NCBI GenBank assembly: GCA_051439425.1
Contig: JBFRWD010000132.1
Span: 1-43,466 of the forward strand
Reading direction: 5' to 3'
Source of the DNA: Synechococcus sp.
GTDB lineage: Bacteria > Cyanobacteriota > Cyanobacteriia > Thermostichales > PCC-7336
Length of the DNA stretch: 43,466 nt
Shown: positions 19,829 through 29,344 of the stretch, in pieces
Position numbering within the stretch: the stretch's first letter is position 1
Layout: each line of letters begins with the position of its first letter
The notes under the pieces: generated by a model
Told to the model about the DNA's origin: nothing
The model's input: the letters and a program-made list of their open reading frames with translations, nothing else
The model's database searches: none
Made by a program: the position numbers and the translations under genes

Positions 19829-19939
19829 AGTGGTAGGGGTGCGCGTGTATGTCGGAGACGGTATCCCTTGTACCTTACGGCATTAAGCGTCGCGCTGGCG
19901 GATGGAACATAAGTACAATGTGAGTCCGATTTCTCTCAC

Positions 19940-20776
19940 TTACTCTTCTGACGAATCTGTTGCTTCAAGCCAGCTCAATACGGCGTCGTTCCAGCCTTCA
20001 GCTCCAGGCAGATGGGAGCGCTCCCAATCCTGCGGGCACTTATCCCACCAGGCATCCTCCGAGACAGTACCTGGCAAGACAACAGCTTGTTGCATCGAGC
20101 GCAACCAACCGATATCGGCATCTTCCGTTCCGATGCCGAGTGACTCCACCTGGCCCACATGATTGATGTAGCAATCCAGCAGTAGCTGCATCGCACTTGC
20201 TTTATCGGTATTGCCTGTCAAGTACCACTGCCCTTGCAGGCTAGATGATTGCAGTTGAGACACCTGGAGGTGATGACGGGCAATAGCGGGTTCCAGTTCT
20301 TGGGAGCTGCCTGCAAAGGTAAAGACCTCGCTATATTCTCGCTGATGTGCCAGTCGAGCATCCGCATCAGACAAGCCTAACGCTAGAGCTAGTTCTCCCT
20401 CCGACCAATCGCCGAACCCAACAATATCTGCACCCAACTCAACTCGCACATCTTGCAAGACTTTGCGCAGGTGATTGTATGGCAGTCCAAATCCTCGCAC
20501 CAACAAGTCACCATCAAGCTCCCACCCCTCATCCAAGATGCTAGTGGGGAAGTATCCTTCAGGCATGAATACTGCGGCCCCATTCTCAAATGCCGCAGGA
20601 TGGCTTAACTCCAACCGAGTCTGTAAGGAGAGCAGCTCTGCTCGCGTGCGACGACTGACGAACACTAACGGAATGTTTCGCCGCTCGATCGCCGCTAGGG
20701 CCGGACGGGCAGCGCCAATCCCTGCTCCTCCAGCATCCCAAAAGCTGCCATCCACATTGCTAAACACCACTCGCAT
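19940..20776 (-). CDS. HAD IIB mannosyl/glucosyl-3-phosphoglycerate phosphatase-like protein with degenerate catalytic motifs
   Basis: RRTRAEL, ENGAAVF, ARLAHQREYSE, DKASA and GAEGWN fit the MpgP/GpgP/YedP family; motif I is FSNVDGS, motif IV is GTEDAD. Confidence 0.8.
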   Translation of the reverse strand: MRVVFSNVDGSFWDAGGAGIGAARPALAAIERRNIPLVFVSRRTRAELLSLQTRLELSHPAAFENGAAVFMPEGYFPTSILDEGWELDGDLLVRGFGLPYNHLRKVLQDVRVELGADIVGFGDWSEGELALALGLSDADARLAHQREYSEVFTFAGSSQELEPAIARHHLQVSQLQSSSLQGQWYLTGNTDKASAMQLLLDCYINHVGQVESLGIGTEDADIGWLRSMQQAVVLPGTVSEDAWWDKCPQDWERSHLPGAEGWNDAVLSWLEATDSSEE

Positions 20777-21697
20777 AAATTTCGGTCACCTAAGCAGTGA
20801 GACACTCAATATTGCAGCGCACGCTCGCGATCGCTGCCCAGCCACTGTTGTTGAATACAAGTACATAAATTTAAGTACATAAATGCAAACGCATGCATGC
20901 AGGCATAGGCAATCTTAGACTGCTTCAACATAGCTAAGGCCTTCCGGAGGTTAATTATACGATCCGCAACCAATGGTTGTACTCGTCTCTGCCTGCAGTA
21001 GGACTAGTGCCCCGCTTTAGTCGCCGACCCATCGAAAGTATGATTGCAACAGCAGCCTTTGATTGAGCCCAATCATGTTATCTCAACACATTTTGCCAAG
21101 GACTCTCTAGGGGATGGGACTTAGCCTGCTACTCACCTATTCGGGTGAAAAGATTTGACTAGATTCCATATATGTCAAGGGATGGATCGTCTTCAATCGA
21201 GTGAATTCCAACGACAGAGGGGTGAGAAATTGAAATATAGTGCGCTTCACTACACCCGCAAACTTTTGAATAAGCCAACACCACGAACTCCCCTCATCTT
21301 TACCAACTAATCAGTGCATATTTCTGTTGCATGCGCGTATTCAGCCAGTTCTCCCCTTTGATTTGCTGGAACTTCTTGGGACTAATGGACTTGGACTCTA
21401 GTGCTGGACAGGAACAGGACATGGGGGGAGACTGTTGTTCGGCCAATGTTGACGTGGTGATAAATATACTTAAGGCTTCAAACGGGTCAAGCCATATCAC
21501 ATTCGAGTAAATGAACTTTGAGGCAGTTTTGTCGACCAATTCAGAAATAAAACAATGTCAGTAGCATAGGGAAAATGCGCGAGATTCATCAGTTTGACTG
21601 TTCATTTTGACCTATTTAAACCACCTTGGTATGTATCCTCTAAAGGTTATGATATGAAAGATATGAAAATAAAAACGTAAGCCAGCAGATAGTTCCT

Positions 21698-23074
21698 ATG
21701 ACCAGCCAACGGATTGATATCTTAACTGACACATCAGGTCCTTCTGCGCGCAGAGTGCGTTGGTTGCCAACTCTCAGTATCTTCGCTGTTCCCTTGGCCG
21801 TTGCTGCTATTTGGGGGGCTCTACAGGAGCCTGAATATCGAGCGCAGGCGAAGCTACTGTTTGAGAGGGAGGAAGTCTCAGAACTGACTGGTCAGCAGGA
21901 AGGTGTTGGTGATATTACTTCCCTGGTACGAGATCAGAACCCGCTGTTGACCGAGCTAGAGGTGTTACAATCTCGTCCCATTTTGGAAGACACGATCAAC
22001 GAGCTTGACTTACGTGATGAGGAGGGAGCACTGATCTCCCCTGGAACGCTCCGTAATGGCCTCGATGTCGGCGTTGTTGGTGCGGCTGACATTATCGAAA
22101 TTTCGTATACATCGGGTGACCCTGAGGTCGCAGCTCAGGTTCCAAATACATTAGCTCAGTTTTACATTAACGGTTATCTGGAGCGTAAAAATTCTCAGCC
22201 TCGTGAGGCCAGGAACATCCTTGAAAACCAATTGGCTGTTGCTCAGCAGCGGTTAGAAAACTCTGAAAATCAGTTGAGAGAGTTTAGGGAGCGAAACAAT
22301 TTTGTTAACGCGAACGAATACTCGACATTTGTCATTGATGCGATTGCTAGTTTGGATCGCGACATTCTGGCCACCCAGTCTCGCTTGGATGAACTTGGTG
22401 CACGGATCGACACCCGAGTCAGTTCTCTTGGCGTGAACACCCGAGAAGCTCAAACCCTACGCTCTCTCAACCAAGATCCTGCTGTTGCAGCTGTGATTGC
22501 CAACCTAGCCCAGGCAGAAAATGACTTGGCCGCCCAGCGTAAGTTGCACAGTGAAAACAGTCCTGTTGTTACTTCGATTCAGGAAAATATTCGGTCGTTG
22601 CGGGCACGGCTTGACATGCTTACGTCGTCCTATGGTGCAGACCTTAGTGCTAATCAACTGCTTCTCCAGGCGGACCAGCAGCAACAGCAATCGCTTGCCG
22701 AGCTGAATGGTGAAGAAGTAGAACGCCAGGGCTTACGGTCTAGATTGATTGCGTTGCAATCTTCCCGGGATAACTATTCTTCTAGACTGAGAGACCTGCC
22801 AGCACTAGAGCAGGAGCAATCACGCTTGGTTCGAAACATCGAGTCATCTAGGGATGAATTGACAAGTCTCAATCAACTGCTTCAACGGTTGGTTGTGACC
22901 GAGCGCTCCTCGGTTAGTAATGCGAATCTAATTGAGCCTGCTGAGACGCCAGTTGCTCCGAGTGGTGGTGGAATGAGAATCTACCTGGCCTCGGGAATTC
23001 TATTGGGCGGTTTGTTAGCCTCTACCTACAACTTCTGGCAGCAGCAAGCTTCGTCTAAATCACAAGGCATCTAG
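21698..23074 (+). CDS. Polysaccharide co-polymerase / chain-length determinant (Wzz/GumC/Wzc N-terminal type), no kinase domain
   Basis: N-terminal TM, PEYRAQAKLL, TELEVLQSRPIL, DIIEISYTSGDPEVAAQVPN, long coiled coil, IEPAETP plus C-terminal TM. Confidence 0.85.
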   Translation: MTSQRIDILTDTSGPSARRVRWLPTLSIFAVPLAVAAIWGALQEPEYRAQAKLLFEREEVSELTGQQEGVGDITSLVRDQNPLLTELEVLQSRPILEDTINELDLRDEEGALISPGTLRNGLDVGVVGAADIIEISYTSGDPEVAAQVPNTLAQFYINGYLERKNSQPREARNILENQLAVAQQRLENSENQLREFRERNNFVNANEYSTFVIDAIASLDRDILATQSRLDELGARIDTRVSSLGVNTREAQTLRSLNQDPAVAAVIANLAQAENDLAAQRKLHSENSPVVTSIQENIRSLRARLDMLTSSYGADLSANQLLLQADQQQQQSLAELNGEEVERQGLRSRLIALQSSRDNYSSRLRDLPALEQEQSRLVRNIESSRDELTSLNQLLQRLVVTERSSVSNANLIEPAETPVAPSGGGMRIYLASGILLGGLLASTYNFWQQQASSKSQGI

Positions 23075-23097
23075 TTAGCTATTAGCATTGGTCGCCC

Positions 23098-23138
23098 AAT
23101 CCCCGAAGCGTTTAAAAGCGTTTGGGGGATTCTTCTTT
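23098..23138 (+). terminator. Probable terminator after the co-polymerase gene
   Basis: Imperfect hairpin AATCCCC...GGGGATT followed by CTTCTTT. Confidence 0.55.
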
Positions 23139-23311
23139 ACTGGTTAATCGGTACGAGGTCGGACAGTGTCGAAGGCACCAACATCTGATTCACGGCGCAG
23201 TGAAATTAGCGTGAGGAATTCACTGGTAGTTTGTCACAGCCTGCAAAGAATAGCGATCCCAATACTTTTGGGTTACCCGCCAACCCCCGCTCGCAAATTC
23301 CCGTTTCACTA

Positions 23312-23434
23312 CTAGTAATGGTCCGCCCGACTATCCATGCCCGATTCATCGGCATACACCACCTGCTCTGGAGTCAGTGTTGACAGTTGGATTCGGAAAG
23401 CTTATCGCTGTTGCTCGTCTCGCTGCCAATAGCC
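23312..23434 (-). pseudogene. IS630-family transposase internal fragment (first DDE aspartate region)
   Basis: Manual translation GYWQRDEQQR*AFRIQLSTLTPEQVVYADESGMDSRADHY*; YxDESG motif; in-frame TAA at 23402-23404. Confidence 0.75.
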
Positions 23435-23445
23435 CACAACCGCGT

Positions 23446-23968
23446 CTATGTAGAGACCTGTAGTTTTTCTACATCAGGTGCAAGATTTGTCGTGACCCAC
23501 AAGCGGTCTGCGATCGCGATAGGGTCAGCATTGATATGTCGTTCGAAGTGGCAAACGCGTTCAATCAACTCAGCCCGAGTCCGATGACAGGTGTGAACGG
23601 TGACGTCTTCCCGCAACCACTGTCACAAATGCTCAACCGGCATGAAATCGGGACTATAGCTGGGTAATTGAATCACCCTCCCTATCGTTTGCTCGATAGG
23701 GGCGGACAAAGGGGGAGACGACCGCCAGTTTGCTGGTATTCCAGCGCTGCTAGCCCTCCGTTGTTATAGTGAAGCACCCACTCCATCACCGTTTGTGGAT
23801 TACGGTTCGTGGCTCGACCCACTTGCGTCGCACTCTGCCCTTTCGAGATGTTGTAGGACGCCATCAAACGTTCTCGCGTTTGCGGATGAGCCGCTTTCAG
23901 CGCTTGCTTTCTCAACTCCTCACAGCTTTGCTGCCAGCGGATGCAATCGACTCGACTTTGAGAGTTAT
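23446..23968 (-). mobile_element. Degraded, internally deleted IS630-family element (HTH N-terminus joined to the transposase C-terminus)
   Basis: N-part DCIRWQQSCEELRKQALKAAHPQTRERLMA...HYNNGGLAALEYQQTGGRLPLCP; C-part LPSYSPDFMPVEHL*QWLREDVT...IADRLWV...EKLQVST*. Confidence 0.85.
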
Positions 23969-24305
23969 CGTACTATCCTCCCGGCACTGCATTTCTCGAC
24001 TGGATAGACCACTTTCAAAACTACGGCTCGCCAAATGGGTGGGGTTTGGAATGCCTTTCTGCCAATGAGTTGTGCTCCCACTCGATTGAATTAGTGGTGT
24101 AGAGAGAGACCCCAATCAACCATCTGTGGATGCGTTCGTCGATACGTTGCGCAGGGGATCGATCTCCCTGCATGATGCAATCTCATCTAACGCCCAAAAC
24201 TGAAACTAGCTTGGTGAATGTTCTCCACACGTCCGAAAGTGCTACCAGTTGGGTCTATGCTGGGGGCGGATGCTGAGCATCAATACGCTGGAGGAAGTCC
24301 ATATT

Positions 24306-25598
24306 ATGCGCAACGTACTCGCGATCATTCTGGGAGGAGGCAGAGGAACGCGTCTGTACCCGTTAACCAAACGTCGGGCCAAACCGGCTGTACCGCTGGC
24401 GGGCAAGTACCGCTTGATCGACATTCCGGTTAGTAACTGCATCAATTCTGAAATTCAGAAGATGTACGTGCTGACCCAATTTAATTCCGCCTCTCTGAAT
24501 AGGCACCTCGTTAATACCTACCGATTCTCTCCATTTTCAGATGGCTTTGTCGATGTACTGGCCGCCGAGCAAACAGCTGAAAACCCTGATTGGTTTCAAG
24601 GCACTGCCGATGCTGTCCGTCAGTATCTGTGGTTGATGGAGTCGTGGAACTGCTCAGAGTACATTATTCTGTCGGGCGACCACCTTTACCGGATGGACTA
24701 TTCCAAATTCATCCAATACCACCGCGAAACCAATGCTGACGTAACACTGTCGGTGGTGCCGATGGCTGAGGCCCAAGCTTCCGAGTTCGGTTTGATGAAA
24801 ATCGACGATACCGGACGAGTGATTGATTTTAAGGAGAAGCCAAAAGGGGACGAACTCAAGGCTATGCAGGTGGATACCCAATCCATGGGTCTCGATCCCG
24901 AGCGGGCTAATTCCATGCCATATATTGCCTCGATGGGGATCTACGTGTTCCGTAGAGAAGCGCTGGCAGAAATGTTGAAGCGATCCCCCGAACACACCGA
25001 CTTCGGAAAGGAAGTTATTCCTGCGGCGATGAAGGACTTCAAAGTCCAGGCCTATCTGTTCAAAGGCTATTGGGAAGACATCGGTACCGTGGAAGCGTTC
25101 TACAAGGCAAATTTGAGTCTGACGCAACAACCCAAGCCTCCCTTCAGCTTCTACGATTCGAAGGCACCTATTTTTACTCGCCCTCGATTCCTTCCTCCCA
25201 ACAAGATTCTGGATGCCAACATTCGCGAATCGATTGTGTGCGATGGATGTATTGTCAAAGACGGAGTGCAGGTATCGGGCTCCATTCTCGGGGTGCGCTC
25301 CAGAATTGAAACCAATACCATCATCGAAAACACCCTGGTGATGGGGTCAGACGAGTACGAATCGTCCGAAGAGCGGTTGGCCAATGTTAATTCCGGAGTT
25401 CCTCCGCTTGGAATTGGTTCGAACTGCCACATTCGAGGTGCCATCATCGATAAAAATACTCGTATCGGCAATAATGTCCGCATCTTGAACAAGGACAACG
25501 TTCAAGAAGCCCAGAGGGAGGACGAAGGCATCTTCATCCGTGACGGCATTGTGATTGTTATGCGTGGTTCTACCATTCCTGATGGAACGGTTGTCTAG
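24306..25598 (+). CDS. glgC: Glucose-1-phosphate adenylyltransferase (ADP-glucose pyrophosphorylase)
   Basis: [61 protein letters not shown] upstream of ATG 24306. Confidence 0.98.
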   Translation: MRNVLAIILGGGRGTRLYPLTKRRAKPAVPLAGKYRLIDIPVSNCINSEIQKMYVLTQFNSASLNRHLVNTYRFSPFSDGFVDVLAAEQTAENPDWFQGTADAVRQYLWLMESWNCSEYIILSGDHLYRMDYSKFIQYHRETNADVTLSVVPMAEAQASEFGLMKIDDTGRVIDFKEKPKGDELKAMQVDTQSMGLDPERANSMPYIASMGIYVFRREALAEMLKRSPEHTDFGKEVIPAAMKDFKVQAYLFKGYWEDIGTVEAFYKANLSLTQQPKPPFSFYDSKAPIFTRPRFLPPNKILDANIRESIVCDGCIVKDGVQVSGSILGVRSRIETNTIIENTLVMGSDEYESSEERLANVNSGVPPLGIGSNCHIRGAIIDKNTRIGNNVRILNKDNVQEAQREDEGIFIRDGIVIVMRGSTIPDGTVV

Positions 25599-25635
25599 CA
25601 TATCTCAACCATCCATCAGGACTTGAACACGTTTG

Positions 25636-25670
25636 AAACCCGCTTCTCCCAGACTGGAGGGCGGGTTTTT
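25636..25670. terminator. Probable bidirectional terminator between convergent glgC and lipA
   Basis: AAACCCGC...GCGGGTTTTT. Confidence 0.8.
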
Positions 25671-25734
25671 AATGAACAAATAAATAGCTGTGAGAGTAGC
25701 TGTCAGTCAGCTGTCAGTAAACGGACGGATAGAA

Positions 25735-26610
25735 TTATTCCACCATCTTGGATGCATGGTAGGAGCTGCGAACCAGAGGACCAGAGCGAACATGTTTAAA
25801 GCCCAGCTCGCGGGCGATCTCCCCCATCTCGTCAAACTCTTCCGGCGTCCAATAGCGCTCTACTGGTCGGTGATCTAGTGAGGGCTGTAGGTACTGACCC
25901 ATCGTCAAGCTGTCGCATCCAACCGCTAGCAGATCGTGAAAGGCTTCGATCAGCTCATCTTTGGTCTCACCATGTCCCAACATCAGTCCCGATTTGGTCA
26001 TCATCGAGGGGGTGAATTCCTTGACGGCTTTGAGGACGCCGAGCGATTGGTCGTATCCGGCACCGCGACGTACGGGGGCTGACAGCCGGCGGACGGTTTC
26101 GATGTTGTGGTTGTAGCAAATGGGGTTGGCATCCGCCACCGTTTTGATGCAGTTGCGATCGCCCCTGAAATCTGGCGTCAACACTTCGATAAGAGTGCCG
26201 GGATTACGCTCTCGAATAGCATTCATCACGTTGACAAACCAGCCTGCTCCTTGATCCTCCAGGTCATCGCGAGCCACGGAAGTGAGGACAACGTATTTCA
26301 GTCCGAGGATTTCAACTGATTCTGCTACGTTGTCGGGTTCGTTCGGATCGAGGTCTTGCGGGCGACCTTTGTTGACTTGGCAGAAGGAGCAAGCACGGGT
26401 ACAGACTGGCCCCATCAGGAGAAACGTTGCAGTTTGCTGAGCGTAGCACTCCCCTCGGTTGGGACAGCGTCCTTCCTCGCAAATGGTGTGGATGCCTCGA
26501 TCCTTAATGGTCCGCTGCACTTTCGCAATCTCGCTGGCTTTACCAATGGGACGCTTGACCCACTTGGGCATCGGCAAAAGATCGGCGGGGTTGGATTTGG
26601 GGAGAGGCAT
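25735..26610 (-). CDS. lipA: Lipoyl synthase
   Basis: [12 protein letters not shown] (CX4CX5C), [22 protein letters not shown]. Confidence 0.97.
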   Translation of the reverse strand: MPLPKSNPADLLPMPKWVKRPIGKASEIAKVQRTIKDRGIHTICEEGRCPNRGECYAQQTATFLLMGPVCTRACSFCQVNKGRPQDLDPNEPDNVAESVEILGLKYVVLTSVARDDLEDQGAGWFVNVMNAIRERNPGTLIEVLTPDFRGDRNCIKTVADANPICYNHNIETVRRLSAPVRRGAGYDQSLGVLKAVKEFTPSMMTKSGLMLGHGETKDELIEAFHDLLAVGCDSLTMGQYLQPSLDHRPVERYWTPEEFDEMGEIARELGFKHVRSGPLVRSSYHASKMVE

Positions 26611-26732
26611 TGCAAACCTGACGTTTGGGAAACCGGACTGAAAAACTTCCTACATTATGGACACATTACTCACCGGATGGACGCGCTAGGGTGAGGGTAC
26701 TGTTCGCCGTTCTGTTGTCATATCTGTGTCTT

Positions 26733-27353
26733 ATGACTGCCCAACTTCCCCTCACATCTGCTGCTACTGCGGCAAAAACAACCCTGCTAGAGGCCATTGA
26801 GGCTGCTCCCAAACCTGGTGGACTACCCAATGCATCGGAGACGATTGAGCAGTGCATCGCTGAATTAGAAGCCCACAATCCGGTAGCTGTTCCCACGGGT
26901 GCCGCTGAATTGCTAACTGGCAACTGGCGTACCCTCTACACCACAAACAAAGAGCTGATGAACTTGGGACGCGCTATTCCAGGGTTCAAGACCGACGGCA
27001 TTTATCAATGTATTTGGGCTGAGAAGCAGCTGCTGTGTAATGTTGGCAAGATTGATGGTTTACCGTATCTTGGCGGATTTGTGGCCGTGCGGGCCAATTT
27101 TGATGTGCTGAGTAACGTGCGGGTAAAAGTGAACTTTACTCAAGCCATGATTGGGTCTCAGGCGATCGCCAACTTCTCTCTGGACTCCTTTCTCTCCTTG
27201 ATGGAACATCGGCCCGCACAGATTCCAGCCGTCAAAATCAGATTTTCGGAGCAACGCGAGCAACAAGGTTGGTTGGATATCACCTATCTCGATCGCGATT
27301 TGCGCATTGGTCGGGGCAATCAGGGGAATGTGTTTGTATTGGAGCGGGTGTAA
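26733..27353 (+). CDS. PAP/fibrillin family protein
   Basis: KTTLLEAI, LEAHNP, LLTGNWRTLYTT, GWLDITYLDRDLRIGRGNQGNVFVL; ATG 26733 preferred over TTG 26625. Confidence 0.92.
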   Translation: MTAQLPLTSAATAAKTTLLEAIEAAPKPGGLPNASETIEQCIAELEAHNPVAVPTGAAELLTGNWRTLYTTNKELMNLGRAIPGFKTDGIYQCIWAEKQLLCNVGKIDGLPYLGGFVAVRANFDVLSNVRVKVNFTQAMIGSQAIANFSLDSFLSLMEHRPAQIPAVKIRFSEQREQQGWLDITYLDRDLRIGRGNQGNVFVLERV

Positions 27354-27411
27354 CCTTCTGAAAGTTAGTGAAGTTAAGCTAATCTGAGTAGCATCATTTC
27401 AGATCGACGTT

Positions 27412-27624
27412 ATGGCGACAGAAACTCTGGAGTTCACCATCTACCCCGACGGTCGTGTCGTTGAAACCGTGAAAGGCATTAAAGGGGAAAGCTGTGCCAA
27501 GCTGACGGAAGATATCGAAGACAAGCTGGGAACAGTCACCAGTCGCAAGGATACTGACGAGCGCTACCAAACGGCTGAAGAGAAAATGATTCAGCAGCAA
27601 TGGGATAGCTGGGAGAATGGCTAA
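27412..27624 (+). CDS. DUF2997 family protein
   Basis: TLEFTIYPDGRVVETVKGIKGESCAKLTEDIEDKLG. Confidence 0.85.
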   Translation: MATETLEFTIYPDGRVVETVKGIKGESCAKLTEDIEDKLGTVTSRKDTDERYQTAEEKMIQQQWDSWENG

Positions 27625-27667
27625 ATTGCCTAGAGTGGCTCTTCTCGGATACCTGGTTTCTTGAGAA

Positions 27668-28519
27668 CTAACTCTTTCTAGCAATGTGAAAGGCTGAAAT
27701 ATGGGACAGCTTCAGGCTGCCGCCAAAATCGCGCACGATCGCATCCTTCAGCGCTGAGAATAATCCCTCTCTAACATCGGGCTGGAGCTGAATATAGGGG
27801 GAGTAAGAATTCAATAACATCAGATAGCGATCGGCGGAATAGGTATGCATGCAAGTTTCGTATCCAAATCTGATGTCGGAAAAAAGCCCCGACTCTCCCA
27901 CCCAGTGCCCTAACCCTTGAGCCAATTCAACCTGAGCCGCTTCATTTTCGTACTTGGCCAGCGATGGAGCGTAGTCTGCATACACCGTCGACAGATGCTG
28001 AAACACCGCGTAAGTCGGCTGCAGCTCTTTGTTCCACAGCAAAATCAACGACCCGTTGTCTACCAGCGCATCTGCTGCTTTGGGATAGGCAATCTCAGCT
28101 GGAATCCAGTGAAATGAGCTAGCCGCGAGAATTGCATCAAAGGTTTGGGATTGTAGCGTCCACTCTTCAAATGACGTTTGCGCGATCGCCACGTTTGGAT
28201 ACTGCTGGCAATTGTGCCGAGCGAGTTGAACAAAGGATGGATTGGGTTCCAAACATACCATTTCAAGATTTAAGGGAGCAAAGGCTCTCGTTGCCGTTCC
28301 AGGTCCGCACCCCACTTCCAGCAGCTTGGACTGTGCAGAAAGATCGGTCTGTGCTGTCAGCTTGGCAATCAGTTCTGGAGGGTAGGTGGGGCGGGCGCGA
28401 TCGTAAGCCTCCGCAGCCGAACTGTACCAGTGCTTGCGCTGTTCTAACTCTCGACCGGAGAACTGACGAATCGCCTCTGTAAGCTGCCGATCGCCTGTTG
28501 CCTCGCCATTACCATTCAT
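27668..28519 (-). CDS. Class I SAM-dependent methyltransferase
   Basis: AEAYDRARPTYP, LLEVGCGPG, FDAILAASSFHW. Confidence 0.9.
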   Translation of the reverse strand: MNGNGEATGDRQLTEAIRQFSGRELEQRKHWYSSAAEAYDRARPTYPPELIAKLTAQTDLSAQSKLLEVGCGPGTATRAFAPLNLEMVCLEPNPSFVQLARHNCQQYPNVAIAQTSFEEWTLQSQTFDAILAASSFHWIPAEIAYPKAADALVDNGSLILLWNKELQPTYAVFQHLSTVYADYAPSLAKYENEAAQVELAQGLGHWVGESGLFSDIRFGYETCMHTYSADRYLMLLNSYSPYIQLQPDVREGLFSALKDAIVRDFGGSLKLSHISAFHIARKS

Positions 28520-28577
28520 GAACTCTATACAAGCTCCACCAGTCAGTTACCCCAGCAAATTTCACCTCTCATACTCC

Positions 28578-29099
28578 TCAAGCAATGGTCGAATCCGTTG
28601 CCGCCCGCTTCAGCTCGGCCAAGCACTTCTGCATTTCTGCTCTTAAATCCTCCGCCCGGACTCCCTGGCCCAAAATCGGCAACCCTTGCGCAATCTTACT
28701 GGCATCCCCCTCGGCTTCGTACAGCAACAGACCGGCACTGCGCCGCAGTCCTAGCGCCAAGAACAATAGCTCGATCGCATCCTTCTGCACCACTTCAAAC
28801 CCAGCGGTGTCGCTTCCCTCCGAGACCCGAGCCAATTCCTCCAACATGCGCTCCGCGTCCGCCCGATGACCGAACGCTGCCACCCAATGCTCTGCCTCAC
28901 CTGACTCACCTCCCCCTGCACCAGTGGAAATCAACCACCATCCCTGTTGAGGATCGCGTAGGGCAAAATACTGAAGATGCTCTAAATCTTTTGCCACTGT
29001 GGCCAACATTTGAGCAATTGGGACGATCGCAATGGGGGGAATCCCTTGCTGCGGGCCAGTTTCAATCAATTTTTCAACCTGTTCAGAAAGGTTCGCCAT
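28578..29099 (-). CDS. Conserved cyanobacterial hypothetical protein
   Basis: From ATG 29099: MANLSEQVEKLIETGPQQGIPP...LEHLQYF...AAFGHRADA...IELLF; the longer track ORF runs antisense through the tRNA. Confidence 0.7.
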   Translation of the reverse strand: MANLSEQVEKLIETGPQQGIPPIAIVPIAQMLATVAKDLEHLQYFALRDPQQGWWLISTGAGGGESGEAEHWVAAFGHRADAERMLEELARVSEGSDTAGFEVVQKDAIELLFLALGLRRSAGLLLYEAEGDASKIAQGLPILGQGVRAEDLRAEMQKCLAELKRAATDSTIA

Positions 29100-29104
29100 T
29101 GTGT

Positions 29105-29134
29105 TTGACAGCCGTACTTTGATGTGAACATAAT
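29105..29134 (+). promoter_or_regulatory. Sigma70-type promoter of tRNA-Asp
   Basis: TTGACA (29105-29110), 18-nt spacer, CATAAT (29129-29134). Confidence 0.75.
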
Positions 29135-29150
29135 AGAGTCCTGGCAACGG

Positions 29151-29224
29151 GGGGTTGTAGCTCAGCTGGTTAGAGCGCTGCCCTGTCAAGGCAGAGGTCG
29201 CGGGTTCGAGCCCCGTCAATCCCG
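29151..29224 (+). tRNA. trnD: tRNA-Asp (GTC), CCA not encoded
   Basis: Acceptor GGGGTTG/CAATCCC plus G73, D arm GCTC/GAGC, anticodon arm CTGCC-CTGTCAA-GGCAG, T loop GTTCGAG. Confidence 0.97.
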
Positions 29225-29236
29225 TCCGAAATAATT

Positions 29237-29268
29237 AAGCGCCTGACATGATGTTTGGGCGTTTTTTT
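29237..29268 (+). terminator. Terminator after tRNA-Asp
   Basis: AAGCGCCT-GACATGATGTT-TGGGCG followed by TTTTTTT. Confidence 0.75.
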
Positions 29269-29344
29269 ATGGAATCTACGCCCTTCCAGAGGCACTTGTA
29301 CGCTAGGAGAACCTGCCACAGTAGCCAATAGTTACAAAGGACTG

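Noticed and set aside
21300..21539. 79-aa minus-strand ORF in the long intergenic region
   Set aside because: TTG start, no recognisable motif or RBS; cannot be supported
20835..23509. HIP1-free stretch as proof of horizontal transfer
   Set aside because: A similarly long gap appears to cover native genes such as glgA, so it is not distinguishing without statistics
24249..24305. Longer TTG start for glgC
   Set aside because: Family similarity begins at [12 protein letters not shown] and an RBS precedes ATG 24306
29100..29219. N-terminal extension [21 protein letters not shown] of the 213-aa track ORF
   Set aside because: It is the antisense reading of tRNA-Asp; the real start is probably ATG 29099
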